From Eledone cirrhosa (taxonomy: Eukaryota): a DNA stretch of 64,000 nt. Below are positions 1 through 15,149 of the stretch, piece by piece; position 1 is the first letter of the stretch, and each line of letters starts with the position of its first letter. The stretch is taken from NCBI GenBank assembly GCA_964016885.1, contig OZ024749.1:46190001-46254000 (forward strand). Direction: 5' to 3'. The notes below the pieces were generated by a model. It saw nothing but the letters and a program-made list of their open reading frames with translations, did no database searches and had not been told where the DNA came from. Made by a program: the position numbers and the translations under genes.

Positions 1-214
1 GAGAGGGGGGGGGGGCAAAGAGATAGACCTAGAGAATGTTAAAATCGATTCGCGGCGCCGAGGGACAGTGACAAAAACTCAAAATGCCTGTCACCACGGT
101 CGAGATTTTTACCTATCTCTATAATCACTTTACATCACCCCATAATTAATACTCCAATAATTAGTGGACTCTCCTGTCTCAGTACCGCAGACCCTCTCTC
201 TCTATATATATATG

Positions 215-247
<33 letters not shown>

Positions 248-516
248 GAAATACAGGCATTTGAACAAAAATGATTACAATATTATTCGTTCATGGCAAA
301 TAAGAGAAGAGGAAATTGAGAGAAGGAAATTTGATATGAGAATCACTCAAATGCCGGTGAGTGAGATAACCTCTACATTATTGAGTCACTGACCAGCAAT
401 TGTCTATTATTTTAGATTTTAAGGATCTAGCTACAACTACAAATAATTAGTTGAAGTAAGAATAATCGAGAAAATATGAAACATGAAATGCGTGCCTCAC
501 AACGCAAATGACCATA

Positions 517-697
517 AATAATTATTTCTACTTTTGGCACAAGGCCAGCAATTACCCAATACATTACTGGTACTTTATTTCATCGACCCTGTAAGGATGA
601 AAGGCAAAGTTAACATAGAAGAGATTTGAACTCAGACCGTAAAGGGACGTAATTATGCTGGAAGCATGGCGTCCGACCCTCTACGGATACTAGTTGG
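517..697 (-). mobile_element. tRNA-derived SINE copy
   Basis: Reverse complement of the family consensus (GAGTTCAAATC B box, ttgcctttcatcct..gggtcgataaaataaagtacc core). Confidence 0.85.
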
Positions 698-784
698 TCA
701 TTAGAATAAATATGATTTCTATTGTTTTGTTTTTTTTTGTATTTTTTCGTTTTATTTCATAGGAAATAATTGTCAATATATTTT

Positions 785-1080
785 ACTCAAAATATCCTCC
801 CCGACAACATAACAGGGATATTATATTTAAATATGATACAGAGATGCTCAGTAGAATTAATCGAGTGTTTGTTTAAAAATATCATCGATCTGTTATATGT
901 AAGTCTCTAGAGAATACTTTATTCTCTGCTACATTCAAAATGGAGTAAACAAGTTTTTTTTCGTCGTTATGCTTTATGTCGGGGACGTATTTAAATGTTG
1001 CATTGCCTTGAATCAAAAGATATTTCACGTACGCTGTTAAAATCTCCGAATGAAAATATGGATATTTAACATCATGTGGT
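785..1080 (+). mobile_element. Possible decayed GIY-YIG (Penelope-like) endonuclease relic
   Basis: LPDNITGILY...C and LHCLESKDI have GIY-YIG-like spacing, with many stops. Confidence 0.3.
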
Positions 1081-1467
1081 GTTATTCAGCTCAGGCGTTT
1101 TCACAAAGTTTGATGTCAATGTTTGGATCCAGTTCTTACAGATCTTTCAGATGTAAATATATGCCTATATCTCAAGAGCGGAGAATAGAAAACGTTCTTT
1201 TTTTTCAGGTCAATCAGTGCACGAAAGCATCGAATCTTTTCTAATACGGTTTGATAAGGAAACATTAATACTATGAGGGGACCCAAGCTGGGACAATATC
1301 AAACCAGGCGACTGAATACAACTACAGATTACATATCCATATTAACATTTCGTTTGCTTGATCTACGTAGCGCTGATTGTCATTCGTAACTCATTGTCAT
1401 TTCAGAAATATACAGTTTAAATATCCAAGTTTACGCATCACAACGGCTAGTTTCGTAGGTAACATTC

Positions 1468-1899
1468 TATTCGAATCCTTTCAGTAAGATCTGACATGCT
1501 TCAACCCGAAACCGTATACTTATATATATCTCAAATACAAAATCATAATTTGATATATTTAATATATCTTTAATGTTCATATTAAATATTCTCAAACAAT
1601 TCGCATCTGTAAAAAAGTGGATGTACGCAATCTAATTTACTCAGCTAAATATTAGTAGCTACATTACGACAGATTCGTCGACGATGATTTCAGTTGCTTC
1701 AACATTGAAACAGCATACTCTTTGACATGGCTGAGTATTCCAAATAAAGACACCTGTAGACTTAATGTACTTCTCAGGGATAAACAACCTGATACCTTTC
1801 ACGATTTATACGTACCGATTCCCAAAATCTTTCTCTGTATCTACTTTCACTCACAAGGCTTCGGTTTTACATAACGTACGTAAGTTTGTATATAGATAG

Positions 1900-1940
<41 letters not shown>

Positions 1941-1953
1941 CATACACACACAA

Positions 1954-2031
<78 letters not shown>

Positions 2032-2342
2032 CCCTGGGAGTACATTAAGTGTACATGTGTCTTTATTTGGAATACTCAGCCATGTCAAAGAGTATGCTGT
2101 TTCAATGTTGAAGAAAATGAAATCATCGTCGACGAATCTGTCGTAATGTTGCTACTAATATTTAGCTGAGTAAATTAGATTGCGTACATCAACTTTTTTA
2201 CAGGTGCGAATTGTTTGAGAATATTTAATATGAACATTAAAGATATATTAAATATATCAAATTATGATTTGGTATTTGAGATATATGTAAGTATACGGTT
2301 TCGGGTTGAAGCATGTCAGATCTTACTGAAAGGATTAGAATA
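1468..2342. repeat. Inverted duplication, ~315-bp arms (1468-1784 / 2027-2342)
   Basis: Arms are near-identical reverse complements. The right arm has (TA)n on both sides. Confidence 0.95.
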
Positions 2343-2739
2343 TATATATATATATACAAGTGTGCACACTGTGGGCTTATTTCTACGTTTGTTATGATTG
2401 CTTTTATGAAGGTTTGCGGTAGTTCCCTATGCTAAATGCAAGTTCTGAAACCCTCATATTACAATGAAACAGTCAGATATACACGAATGAGAATTAGAAA
2501 GAGAAAAAGACTGATATAATTCTTATTTTGTGTTTCATATACTATGTTTTTCTTTCTCATTCTTCTACTTCCCCTTCAAAATCTCTTTCCTCTTCGTTTA
2601 ACATCTAATTTACAACCGCCATCTAACTTCTCCGTGAATTTGTCTCTCGTTTCTTAATATCCGTGTGTGATTGAGCGCATGTGAGGCTGTATGCCTTTAC
2701 ATATATGTACATGATTGTAAAATAGATATGTACATGGTT

Positions 2740-2812
<73 letters not shown>

Positions 2813-3500
2813 ATATATATAATGTGCGCGTGTGTATATATCCACGCATACGTACAAATGTGATGCCAGTTGTATACATGTATGTATGTATGTATCTAAA
2901 TGTATTTGTAGTGTGCATTTACTGAACGTGTGTGTAGGTGTGCCTGTTTCTATGTGTATGTGTGTATACCTGTGTCACAGTGTGAATATGTTGAATTTAA
3001 GGTATGAGTTAATAGCTGCATGTTTTATGAATGTGGGTTGTGCGGGTAGTAAAATCTTTTTTTTTTCTGTTTTCTTTACTTTTTTTTCTTCTGCCTCCCA
3101 TTTATCCCTCTTATTTTTTAATCTTTTTTTTACTTTATATAAATTTATTTATATTTTATTTCATTTTATTTCATTTCATATCTATTTCTATTTTTTTGTT
3201 TGTTTGTTTGTTTTTTTTTTTGTTTTCTTTATTACTTCTCATTTCAAATTCTATTATGCTTCGTTTTACAAAGCATTCACAAAAGGCAAATCGCTGAATT
3301 ACTTCAACTCGGTTTATGCCGAAGACGAAGTTAGAAATTACCGAGTGATGCTATAGTTTGTTATACACTGGACTACGCTACACCACACTCAGACAAACGT
3401 GCGCACACAAACATGTACATACAAATGTACATACATATATAGGCACATAAAACACGCACTATTTCTACTTATTTGCTTCTGAATTCCAAATGCACAGCTT

Positions 3501-3574
<74 letters not shown>

Positions 3575-4145
3575 TTTGTTTCGTGTGTGTGTGTGGTTTG
3601 TGAGAATCTGTTTAGAAATTTCCATTTTTAAAAGGTGTTTGGTGTTTTATAAGCTATGATATACTCTTGTATTCATTGGCGTTGTTGTCTTTGATGTTAT
3701 TGTTGTTGTTGTTGTTGTTGTTGGATTGAGGGGCTAATCTATATATAAAATCAAAGGTCGATGTTTGCCACTTGTTCTGTTCATTTTCTGCTTGCTTATC
3801 ATCATCATCTTCTTCATTATTCTCATCATTTTCGACATCGTTGTTGTATTCACCACCTTCAGAGTCGAGCCACGATCGTCCACAACTTCGTGGTTATTAT
3901 CACTACCATTTACAACACTTCCCTCATCATTCAGATGAAGATCACTTTAATGTCGAATTATTACTATCATTTTCGCCTTCACATACAAAACCATCTCCGA
4001 CACTCCAGCCATCATCCTATTCAACGTAATAATAAGGATAATTTTTCTCTAGCTTTAGACAAGACCAGCCATTTCTGAGAAGGAGAAATTTGCTTATATA
4101 TACCCCAGTGTTTAACTGGAATTTCATTACATCTATCCTGGAGGG

Positions 4146-4350
4146 CATAATTGTTTCTAGTTGCAGGACAAGGCCAGCAAATTTGGTGCAGGGAGAACAT
4201 TTCATTAAATCATCTCTAGTAATTCGTTAGTACTTTATTCTATCAACCTCGCAAGGATGAAAGTCAAATTTGACTTCGGTCGGAATTTTGCATAGTATGT
4301 AAAGAGTCAGAACAAATACGCAGTTGCATTATATATACAAATCCTGCTAA
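4146..4350 (-). mobile_element. tRNA-derived SINE, diverged
   Basis: aattgtttctag..acaaggccagcaa..tactttattctatcaacc..ggatgaaagtcaaa. Confidence 0.7.
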
Positions 4351-6453
4351 TCCAATACCAAAACCAATAATGAAAACTGTGATAAACAAATAAGTAAAGT
4401 CGCATTTAGTTGCTAAATCCGTTAAGTTGAGCAGCTCGATCTCAAAGTAATTACGCATTTTTTATCTTAAAAAATGCAACGATATATGAAGCACTCAGGT
4501 TTTAGATACTATATTTGTAATACCATGAGTCCGCCAACGTTGTCGTTCATTTGACCTTGAGGAAATGAAGAAAAATTACTTACAAGGTCCGAAATCTTTG
4601 CTCACAGAAAATAATTCCATAAAATATACACATATAAAAAGAACTTAAATTTCTCAAATGAATCGCGTCTTTTTCTGTTTCGTCAAACAAAGCGATTCAA
4701 AAGAAATTTTATGAGATGATGATGATTTCTTACAGCACATAAAACATTTGGATATAATGGATTACTCTTCTGGAAAAAAATTCACTAGTAAAGCTCTTGG
4801 ACTGAAAAATACAGAGCAATTAAAGTTAACGAAAACGACTTCTCTTATATACGTGAGGTTATTAAATCGAAGTTATTAAATTAAGTAATATTAAAAAATT
4901 GTGAAATCATTATGCACAGGAGTTCAAGGAAAATTATACAGATTGGATTGCACATTATTCAGAAATCGTTGGTAATAATATTCAAAGAAATAAAATAGAT
5001 ACAGGATAATTATAGTGTATCAATTGATTATTAAATTATGGTTATGCAAAATATATAATTATAAATTTTTAATATGAAGAAAATAAATGATTTTGATTCA
5101 GTCCAACGTAAATTTCCCCTCCTTTTGTTCTTTATGAATGCAAGAATGTTACGTATGTTTTATTTCTACTGCCGTTCTATAGGAACGGACCACAAATATA
5201 AAGGATAAGAATATATTTTTAAAGAAATCAGTGCTATTTATCCATGAGGAGTTACTTTGAGTTTGCCATTTTGTAATAACCTTGACATATATATCGTATA
5301 TATCAGATGATATTCATAAAACATATTCCCTATATCCTCACTTCTACAAATACAACCACCGTAACCATTAAAAAATCAAACTAAAATGATGAAAGGCAAA
5401 GTTTACCTCGATGGGATTTCAACTCGGGACAAGACTGTACTTAACTAAGTACTATAATATATTTTATTTGGTGCTCTAACTATTCTCCCAAACTACAATA
5501 ATTTACACTAATTCCTAGCCAATCCAGAAGGCCTCGAACTGGGGGTGAGCTAATCGATTAGATTGTAGCCAGTACTCGAAGGACATCTATAAAGTCGAAC
5601 TCAAAATTATAAAAGGCAAATTTTTACCCGGCGTTAGCAAATCTCATTTCATGCACATTAAATAAAATATAATTTTAACAATATAAAGACAGTTATATTA
5701 TTAACAATATTATTAATCATATTATATTTTGTGAATACATTCAAGCTAGAAAATTTATAAACCCTAAAATTAAAAGAAAATCAAAGAACAATTTTTAGAC
5801 ATAATATCCGAAAGCGTTCCATCCTAATCCCATGTTCCTACTTTCATTATTAAGATTTGCTATTGGTTAAAACATTTTAATAATACAGATATTTTTTCTT
5901 TACTATATATAGCTTAGAAATACGCTGGCTTCCAAATTGCACTGAAATACCTTTATCTCTTACGAGTTTCGATAGGTTTTTCACTCAATATCACTTTCTC
6001 TCTCGTGCAATATGTTCTTCGCTCTCACATTTTATTGATAGTACTTCCCTCCCACTTTATTTTACTCTCTATTTATCTCTATGCAAATCTCTCTATATAT
6101 CACAATCTCAATTGGTTTCCATTCTACCTTCTTACAATCATTCAGCGGAAACAATTTAATTATTAACAAATAAAGAAATTATTATTATTAACATTTTTAT
6201 TATTATTATTATTATTATTATCATCAACATTATACCACCACCACCACTACCATCATTACCATCATCATCATTGTCATCATATTTTTATAATCATTATTAT
6301 TATTATTATATATTCCACATAGGGCACAGGGTTTAGTTGAATGGGTACAACTTCAGAAATGCTATATAGTTTTTACTCAAGTCCATTTATTCTCTGATTT
6401 CAAATTCCATCGGTTTCATCATTGCTTTCCATTTATTCCGAGGTCAATAAATT

Positions 6454-7432
6454 GATGTATACTATATAGTGAGGTACTATATGAGAAACTATAGTATATT
6501 GCATCATCAGTTCAGCGGTATTGATTAATAAGAAAATCGGGAAGAAAATGTGCAGAGATTTAATGAACAGTTCTGCTATGTTGATAGGCATTAGAGGATA
6601 GGGTGTTATAAATGATTCAGCGTTGTTCAGAACATAAAAAAAGTTGGCTTTAGTTGAAATTTGATATTATATTTCGATAGTTTACAGAATTGTATTGCGC
6701 CCCGTTTAACCCACACAAGTTTTCAATTCATATAACGTTTGAAAGATTCACGATTTTAGAAATAGTTAGAATGTTTCTTCATCCCAGATAAAATTAAGGA
6801 ATTTTATTTAGTTTATCACTTGTTTACGCCTAAAATAGTAAAATATATTTGTTTAAAATATAGTTGCTAAATTTGTCTTGTAGTATATTTATAAGGGTGT
6901 CTTGACACGATATTAGATTTAAAATTGGTGACGATGACTTTTCTCTCCATAATAAACCACTTTAGCTTTAAATTCTGAGAGCTCTAAATAATTTAATTGA
7001 TGTTATGAATATCGTATTTTACATGTTCTCATTTTGTGCGTTCAGTTAGCGTAGAATCATATAATATGTTTTATTTATTATCCTTGATATGTCGGAAAAA
7101 GTGGTGTAAAACAAAAGAAATGTTGAAGCTCCTACTTAATATTATTTAGCAGGCATAGAGATTGATACATGATATGTTATCATTGATTCCACTAAGTTCT
7201 AAAATAGTGTTCATAATGCAATGTTTTATGAAAGATTTTTGTATTTGATGACGTGATTGTTTATTATATATATTATTAATAAGCTCTTTGAGAATTAGAT
7301 GTTGGTAGCAGTCGTCTAATTCAATGTAAAGGAATTTCGCATCCTATTTTCTACAAAGTTTGTATTTATCAGTAGTTAAATTTAGGGAGGCATCTCGAAA
7401 ATGTATGCTTTTATCGTTTGTCTTGATAGCTA
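6454..7432 (-). mobile_element. Decayed Penelope-like element (RT C-terminus to 3' end with partial hammerhead)
   Basis: Minus translation SIAIKTNDKSIHFRDASLNLTTDKYKLCRK*DAKFLYI...ILKEL...SSNTKIF resembles the PLE RT thumb (FLDVTLNL..Y.PYRKPN..YI..SNHP). CTGATGA plus a stem lies at 6454-6510. Confidence 0.6.
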
Positions 7433-8129
7433 TACTTAAACAATCACATCCACCATCCAACATTAGTAACCCTCGCTAGCATAAATAATGCACCACGTAC
7501 AACACAGGCTACAGGACACCCACACCATTACCACTAAATCCACCACTCCAAGTACCACCACAACGAATAAATCAAGCGTTAGAAACTCTATCCTCTCCGT
7601 ACAGCCTCTCCGTACACATAACATCCTTCATCAACACCACCAAAACCAATAATACACTTACAGCTACAATCTATCAAAGTAACAATAAGACTGTATAATA
7701 TTCCAACCATGACCAACACTACAAGCTCTATCCAAACATCTAAAACTACTACATTGACTACTATGCTCGCCGTCTCCAATAATACATTCCCCACATTCAT
7801 CTCCCTTCAAAAAATATAACAACAAAACTAACAACAGTATAGACTCCCTTAAAATGAATAATACTAAAACATGCCTCACCATATCCTCTAAAACATTTAG
7901 ATCTAATATATAGCACCATAGATCTGGCACCACTAGCACATCTCCCCACCATAGCCCACTCTACAGCTACCACACCCAAAATGCAGCACCACAAACTCTA
8001 GTACCATTACCATTACCTTTTTCATTCAATACCCCACCCAAGCCAAACCCACAGTTTCCATATCACTTCCGGTAAAGAACTAACTGGAAAAGCCGTCATA
8101 GATCAGAAAAAACCTTACATGGATGTTTG

Positions 8130-8188
8130 ATGGATTGGAACAATATTGATGGTGGCAGCTTATCAATAGGTGCACAAGACAACAGAGC
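8130..8188 (+). CDS. Candidate first coding exon of an unknown host gene (MDWNNIDGGSLSIGAQDNR/A)
   Basis: Unique balanced-composition island with acceptor cacAG at 8054, ATG at 8130 and donor GC|gtatgt (phase 2). Confidence 0.35.
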
Positions 8189-8487
8189 GTATGTATGTCA
8201 CTGTGTATGTGTAGACATATGCATGTATGTACTTATGTACTTATGCGTGTACATATAAAAGTGGGTGACACTATATACGTACGTTTAACTTTTTTTTACA
8301 TATATCTATGTGTGTATATATATACTTGCGTAGACGCAAACATGTCTCAGTGATTTAATCGTATGATTCGCAGTCATAAGTTCCTCAGTTCGATCCCACT
8401 GCATCGCATCACAGTTGACATAGTCGAAGATTGATTGGAAAACCCTGGTCAAATGTAGGCGTCAAAAATCTCTACCATCACTATTCT

Positions 8488-8585
8488 AATAATTGTTTCT
8501 AATTTTAGTACAAGGCCAGCAATTATTCCAGTTCATTACTGGTACTTTATTTTATCGATCCCGTAAGGATGAAAGGCAAAGTTCA
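8488..8585 (-). mobile_element. SINE 3' half
   Basis: aataattgtttcta..caaggccagcaatt..ggtactttattttatcgatcccgtaaggatgaaaggcaaagtt. Confidence 0.85.
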
Positions 8586-8895
8586 AATAATGAAGAACGC
8601 TCTACAATGTGTAAACATGGAAGTGAAAGCAGCTTCGTGGTAATGATAGAATGGGGGAAGCATTTCCTCGGTTGAGAGAAAGGCTAACACATCGAAGTAG
8701 CTGTGTCATGAAAGTAGATTCAGTTTGAAACAGATTAGACCATTGTTCACCAGAGTACTCGATACTCGGGGTAGTAGAGTATGTTTATATTATAAAGAGC
8801 GACGGCTGAGCTCTTGCCATTTCGACAGCTAGTTCCAGACTGATTGGAACTAGCTGTTGAAATGGGAAGAACTCAGCCGTCGGTCCCAAACTCTC

Positions 8896-8960
<65 letters not shown>

Positions 8961-9902
8961 AGAGTTTGAGTAGTATTATATATATATATATTTGTGTGTG
9001 TGTGTGGGCGTGTGCGTGTTTGGGCGGGAGCGTGTCACTATATATTAAAGAGAAGAAGAGGGAAATGCAGAGAGAAGAGAAGAAAGAGTGAGAGTGGGAG
9101 ATGTGAGATGTGAGAGAGAATGAGCAATTCGTAGAAAGCTTTAATCCAAACAAATACAGAGAACAACAACAATAACAACAATAACAACAAACTCCTTTCT
9201 GCTATCTAACACACACCATGTCACAAAACCCTGCACACACACATACACAGGCAATAACACACCCACTTCCATCTCTCTACCTCGCATCTATACCACTTTC
9301 TTTTGTTTCAGTCATTTATTTTGGTTGTTGGTGAAGGTTCTTCCTTATTTTTACGTTTCGTTTTTTATCTATTTTTATTTAGATTTCCCATATTATTGTA
9401 AAAAAAAAAAAAAAAAGAAGTAGATGAAAAATATAAAAAGGACAAATAAAATAAAAAGAATTTCGAGTTTCATTTTATTCAAGATTTCAATATTGATATA
9501 TGTTATATTTTTATATTTACATATGTTACTGCTTTTGATTTTGTTATTGTTATTGTTGTTGTTGTTTGTCGATGTGATGGTGATGGTGGTGTATTTCATT
9601 CATACATGGTTTGTATTTATTCCTATTTATAATACTCCCTTCTTCTAATTTTTAATTTGAATAAGAAAAAAACTGTTATGGTTTTCAGTATTATTTCTTC
9701 TTCTTCTTCTTCTTCTTCTTCTTCTTCTTCTTCTTCTTCTTCTTCTTCTTCTTCTTCTTCTTCTTCTTCTTCTTCTTCTTCTTCTTCTTCTTCTTCTTCT
9801 TCAAAATAAGTTATTCCTCTATATCTCAAAAATGTAGTGTGAGATTGCTTGTCGTCATTTCAATATTAATAAAATAACTATATATATATGTATATATACA
9901 TA

Positions 9903-9951
<49 letters not shown>

Positions 9952-9984
9952 ATTTATAAATATATAAATTGTTAACTCCCGATT

Positions 9985-10046
<62 letters not shown>

Positions 10047-10206
10047 TATATAGATATATATTTAGAGTTTATGTTGGTTGTATACCAACACCTCAGTATG
10101 CAGGCTGGAGCACTCGACGAAGTGCGCAGGTTGGTTTGGTTACTCCGGAGTAGTGTAAAATAAAGTTAAATAAAAGTCAAATGATTAAAATTTAGCTTCG
10201 TTTATT

Positions 10207-10264
10207 ACTGCTATATATATTATTTCAGTGACAGCCATCTTTGGCTGTGACCTCTTCAGGCAGT
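10207..10264 (-). ncRNA. Type I hammerhead ribozyme motif (PLE-type, minimal stem III)
   Basis: Minus strand: actgc CTGAAGA ggtcacagcca-aaga-tggctgtcact GAAA taatatata TA gcagt, then AATAAA. Confidence 0.8.
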
Positions 10265-10375
10265 TTGAATTAGTATGGTATAGACAAGTACATATGTTGT
10301 TTAGGTGTATGATATTGTCAATACTCTGATATGCCCAGTTCCTTGTTGGGTTGTTAATTCACTGGGGAACTGGAG

Positions 10376-10506
<131 letters not shown>

Positions 10507-10865
10507 AATCGGGAGTTAACGTTAACAATTTAGATTCGTGGGATCAGTTTCAGCTACGCACTGAAAACTCCAGTTTATTGAGTTATCCACCGGCTCTTGA
10601 AACGGCGTAAGCTGAGCCGTGCGGCACTAAATTTTCACTATATTTATAAACTATCACTGTTACTTTTTACCAACATATTTCGAATTCAAATAATGTAAAT
10701 CGAGAAATAGCCATTCAGCCTTACGCACCAGATACGTATCGCACAAGTTATAAGGTAAAACAAATCACTATACCGATAATCGCAAACAAACCTATTCCAT
10801 TTACAAGTATTTGGCGTCAGTTTCTTCATAGTGCAGCCTTTGTATTATATGGTTTCTATGAAACT

Positions 10866-10908
<43 letters not shown>

Positions 10909-10934
10909 TAACCTTGGTTGTCCAGTGGGACACC

Positions 10935-11083
<149 letters not shown>

Positions 11084-11101
11084 TATACATATATATTCGT
11101 G

Positions 11102-11141
<40 letters not shown>

Positions 11142-12382
11142 TTCAACAGGCTGTCCCTATGATTAATCGCTTAGATGATCTGGTAAAATAGCTCTGAAGA
11201 GGGTAAATATGGCCAGCCGCCACTATGCTGAACTAATAGAATTGAAACAGCATTTTTTGTATTTCACTTACCACATTATGATTTTAATCATATAGATTCA
11301 TTAACCATTTACCATTCATATAGATTCATTAGTCATTTACCATGCATTGGAAAGAAAGCTCATGATATCGGTTGACCTTATTTTCAATAATATCAATGGA
11401 AATAGTCCATTAATATTCCTCATAGTAAAAAAAAAAAAACGTTTGTCTATACCATTGATCAGAATCGAGCTTGAATCTGAGAAATTCAGCTGACATTTCT
11501 ATTGAATTAAATATGTCATTTAAGGAATGCGTCAGTTATCCAATTTGTCATGTTTACAAATTGACACTCGCTTCAGTAAAGACATCAACAGATTATTTAT
11601 AAGTACAGAAATTGATACATTCCAGAAAATAGCAACAATGACATCTGTAACTATTGTTTAATCATTCTCTCAAGCTTTTGCTAAGCTTCAATGTGAATTT
11701 TGAATACGTTATTTTTTTCATTTTTTTCATTTTTGGTGAAATATCTCAAATCATGAATTTTACCAATAACTTTATTTGTTGGTTAACCTGTTGATAAATG
11801 ACTGGAAAAAGTAAAGCCTCATTGTCATTGTTTGTTTTTTTTATCGACCGCGGAGAAACGAAATGTCAAGATGACTTCAAAGGATTTTGAAATCTGATGG
11901 CCATGAACAGGCACATAGTCAACAATATATATATATATATAGACACATTTTTAAGAGCGGTAAAAATCTATAATACTATGCTGCTTGTAACATATGGTTC
12001 AATGTTTTGATTTTAACAATGCTAGCTATGGAACAAAATCAAATGCTTAATACAATAGGATTGAGTACTGTTTCGATAAAATTGGGTTTCAAATATGTAA
12101 GGTTAAGATAAAATCTAAATTTTACTCTTTAAACAGCATTAATTAAACAGGCGAATCAAAGATGACGTTATTTAAAAAAACGATTTCTAATTTAGACTCT
12201 CGACCAGGAATTTGTAGGAAGGGTATCTCGATTATATTGATCTGAGTATTTACAGTTATTTTATGTTATCGTCAAGTTAATGCCGGGTGCATTTAAACTC
12301 AAAAGCTACAATACAGGAAATAAAGAGTTAAAATAATCAATACATTTAATGAAATTCCCTAAATTAACAAATCAAATACATA

Positions 12383-12561
12383 TGGCAGTATTGGTAGAGG
12401 GTCGCACACCATGCTTTCCATCATAGTTACGTCCCATTAAATTTAAGAGTTCAAATCCCGCCGAATTTAACTTTGCCTTTCATCCTTACCGGGTCGATAA
12501 AATAAAGTACCAGTAATGCACTGGGTATTTGCTGGCCTTATGCCAAATATAGAAACTATTA
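12383..12561 (+). mobile_element. tRNA-derived SINE copy (diverged copies adjacent at ~12180-12300 and ~12570-12790)
   Basis: TGGCAGTATTGG A box, GAGTTCAAATCC B box, core and tail. Confidence 0.9.
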
Positions 12562-12823
12562 TATATAAGCAATCGGTGAAAGCATTGCTATCATAGCTCC
12601 TGGTTTGATATCACCTAATGTTATATCTCGTAATAGTCTATCTTCTGATGTTCAAGGTTCGAATCTCAGGAAGGTCAGTTTGTAGCTCTTGAAATAATAT
12701 TCCTACTCATCAGACTCAAAGTTTAATAAAATTAGTACCTATCATACATTAGGATTTGAAATGAATCGACCACTTAAATTGCTTTTATATAGAATGCATT
12801 GCCTCGTGTCAATGGCAGTTTTT

Positions 12824-12868
<45 letters not shown>

Positions 12869-13069
12869 AAGTAGTAGTATTAGTAGTAGTAGTAGTAGTA
12901 GTAGTAGTTGTTGTTGTTGTTGTGTTGGTGGTGGTTGTGGTGTCAATGGTGTTAGTAGTGGTAGTGTTGTTAGTAGTGGAGGTGATGGTGATGTTACTAG
13001 TTATGAAGGTGTTAGTAGTGGTGGTGGTAGAAGTAGTAGTAATATTACTGGTGTTGGTGATGGAGGTAT

Positions 13070-13113
<44 letters not shown>

Positions 13114-13311
13114 ATAATAGTAGTAGTAGTTTTTGTTGTTGTTGTGGTGGTGGTACTGGTAGTGTTGGTGGTATTAGTAGTGGTAGTGTTGTTAGTAGTA
13201 GTGGTAATAGTGGAGGTGGCGTTAGTAGTGGTGGTGGTAGACGTAGTAGTAATATTACTGGTGTTGGTGGTGGAGGTAGAGTTAGTAGTAGTAGTAGTAG
13301 TAGTAGTAGTC

Positions 13312-13346
<35 letters not shown>

Positions 13347-14779
13347 AGTAGTAGTAGCGATATCTTAATTAGTCAGCTATATGATTGCTTTCGACTGTAG
13401 TGTGCAAGAAATAAAACACAGACACACAAACTAAAAACAAACTATAAAAATCAGATATAAATGAAAACAATATATTAAAAAAAGCAAAAATGACATGGGG
13501 GGAGGTGAGGGGGATATATGCTTTGAGGGTGAAGGTGAGAGGAGGAAAATCATGCCTGGTATTGGTATTGATGGTATAGTTCTTTTTTATTAAGAAACAT
13601 GGGACATTTTTTATTTATTTATTTATGTATTAATTTATTTATTTTTTAATTAGTCAGAAACGGTAGTTTTAGTGAATAACTGTGTGTGTCTAAGTGCATA
13701 TATATGTGTAAGTATGTGTTTTCGTGTGAGTAACTGTTTTTGATTGTGTGAGTAAGTACTGCGTATAAAGTGTTTCACACAGCCTAAGAAGTGTGTGTAA
13801 GTGTATGTGAGTGTGTGTGCGTGTATCTGTTTATGTCCCTGATATGTATGACTGTATATTTCTGCTTGCTTGTGTGTTTCTGTGTGAATGTGTGTATATG
13901 AGTGAAGTTTTGTGAGTGCGTGGGTGACTATATTTATATGTGTGCGCGCGTGTAATGTAGTGTGTAATGGGTGTAGTACGGATCGTGAAAAAATAATGGA
14001 ATAGAGAGATGACTGCAACGTTATTTTCTATAGAAATGTTTTCGTCGCTGCTTTTTTTCTTCATTATTTTCCATATCAGCCCACCTCCCCACGATTACAC
14101 CGCACCCTCATTTGAAAAAAAAAAAAAGACAAGCAATCATAAAACACTCAAATCATCAAAATTAAAACGAGAATATAACAAAAATAAATATGAACGAAAA
14201 GAAAACATAAAAAAATATAAAGCCGTGTTGTTAGTTTTGTTGTTGTTGCAATACTGAATAATATAAATGCCCTATTTTTTTATTATTTTATTTGGCTTCT
14301 TTCTTTCACATATAGAGAGGGACCTAAAAATGGGAAGTTGTAGCATTCATCCATTTTCTAAATGTCAGTTGAGAAATAAACAGAATATTGTTATATATAG
14401 TTTGGCATCATTTTTGTTTATTGTTGTTATTGCTGTTTTTCAAAGGAAACCTTCAGAAACAACGTAGAAACCTAACATTAAAAGCAAATTGTTGTCTTAG
14501 ATCTTTGCCCAGACAGCTCCTATTAACTATTAGACCTATAACCAAAGGCATTCCAACCATGGTCATGCCATTTTTTACTCTATAAAGATATCCTAAAATC
14601 ACAATATTCATGAGAACATTTTCTAAGACGATGGCTTTTAAGGTAGCATTCCATTATGTAATCAACTTATTCAGCCATCCGCATTCTTCCTTCTACAAAT
14701 ACCTTCAAATATAGACACAATCCACTGTAGTAAATGAACAGCAATATCAATATCAATATTATATTGCATGTAAAAAGAC

Positions 14780-14890
14780 GTCAAATCCCGCCGAGGTAAA
14801 CTTTGCTTTTCATCCTTACAGAGTCGATAAAATAATGCAACAGTAATGCACTGGAATAATTGCTGGCCTTTTGCCAACAGTAGAAGCAAA
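14780..14890 (+). mobile_element. SINE 3' part
   Basis: caaatcccgccgagg..ctttcatccttacagagtcgataaaata..tgctggcc. Confidence 0.85.
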
Positions 14891-15149
14891 TATTTTGCGG
14901 CATTTTCTTACATATGTTTCAAAGAGTAGCGATCCCAAGATCACATTATCCGTGTTGTCATTTACTAAGACGATGGCTTGTGAATTGCAGAATATCCAAA
15001 TATATCCATAATACTATAAGTCGCATTTTAAAGAATTATATTCAAAAGCATCGTAATAAGCAGCACAAACGTTTTCCTAGATACAAAACAAAACTGCATC
15101 ACTAGTAAACACCACGTCTACCATAAACTCATCAAAGATACAATATACA

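Noticed and set aside
3761-4078. His/Ser-rich ORFs
   Set aside because: Decayed (CAT)n-type low-complexity sequence, with stops on the opposite strand.
11190-11250. CTGAAGA...GAAAC as a hammerhead (also 59415-59450, 59822-59875, 62894)
   Set aside because: No convincing stems I/II or UH site.
12383-12460. A/B boxes as tRNA genes
   Set aside because: They are SINE heads with no cloverleaf, and are followed by the SINE core and tail.
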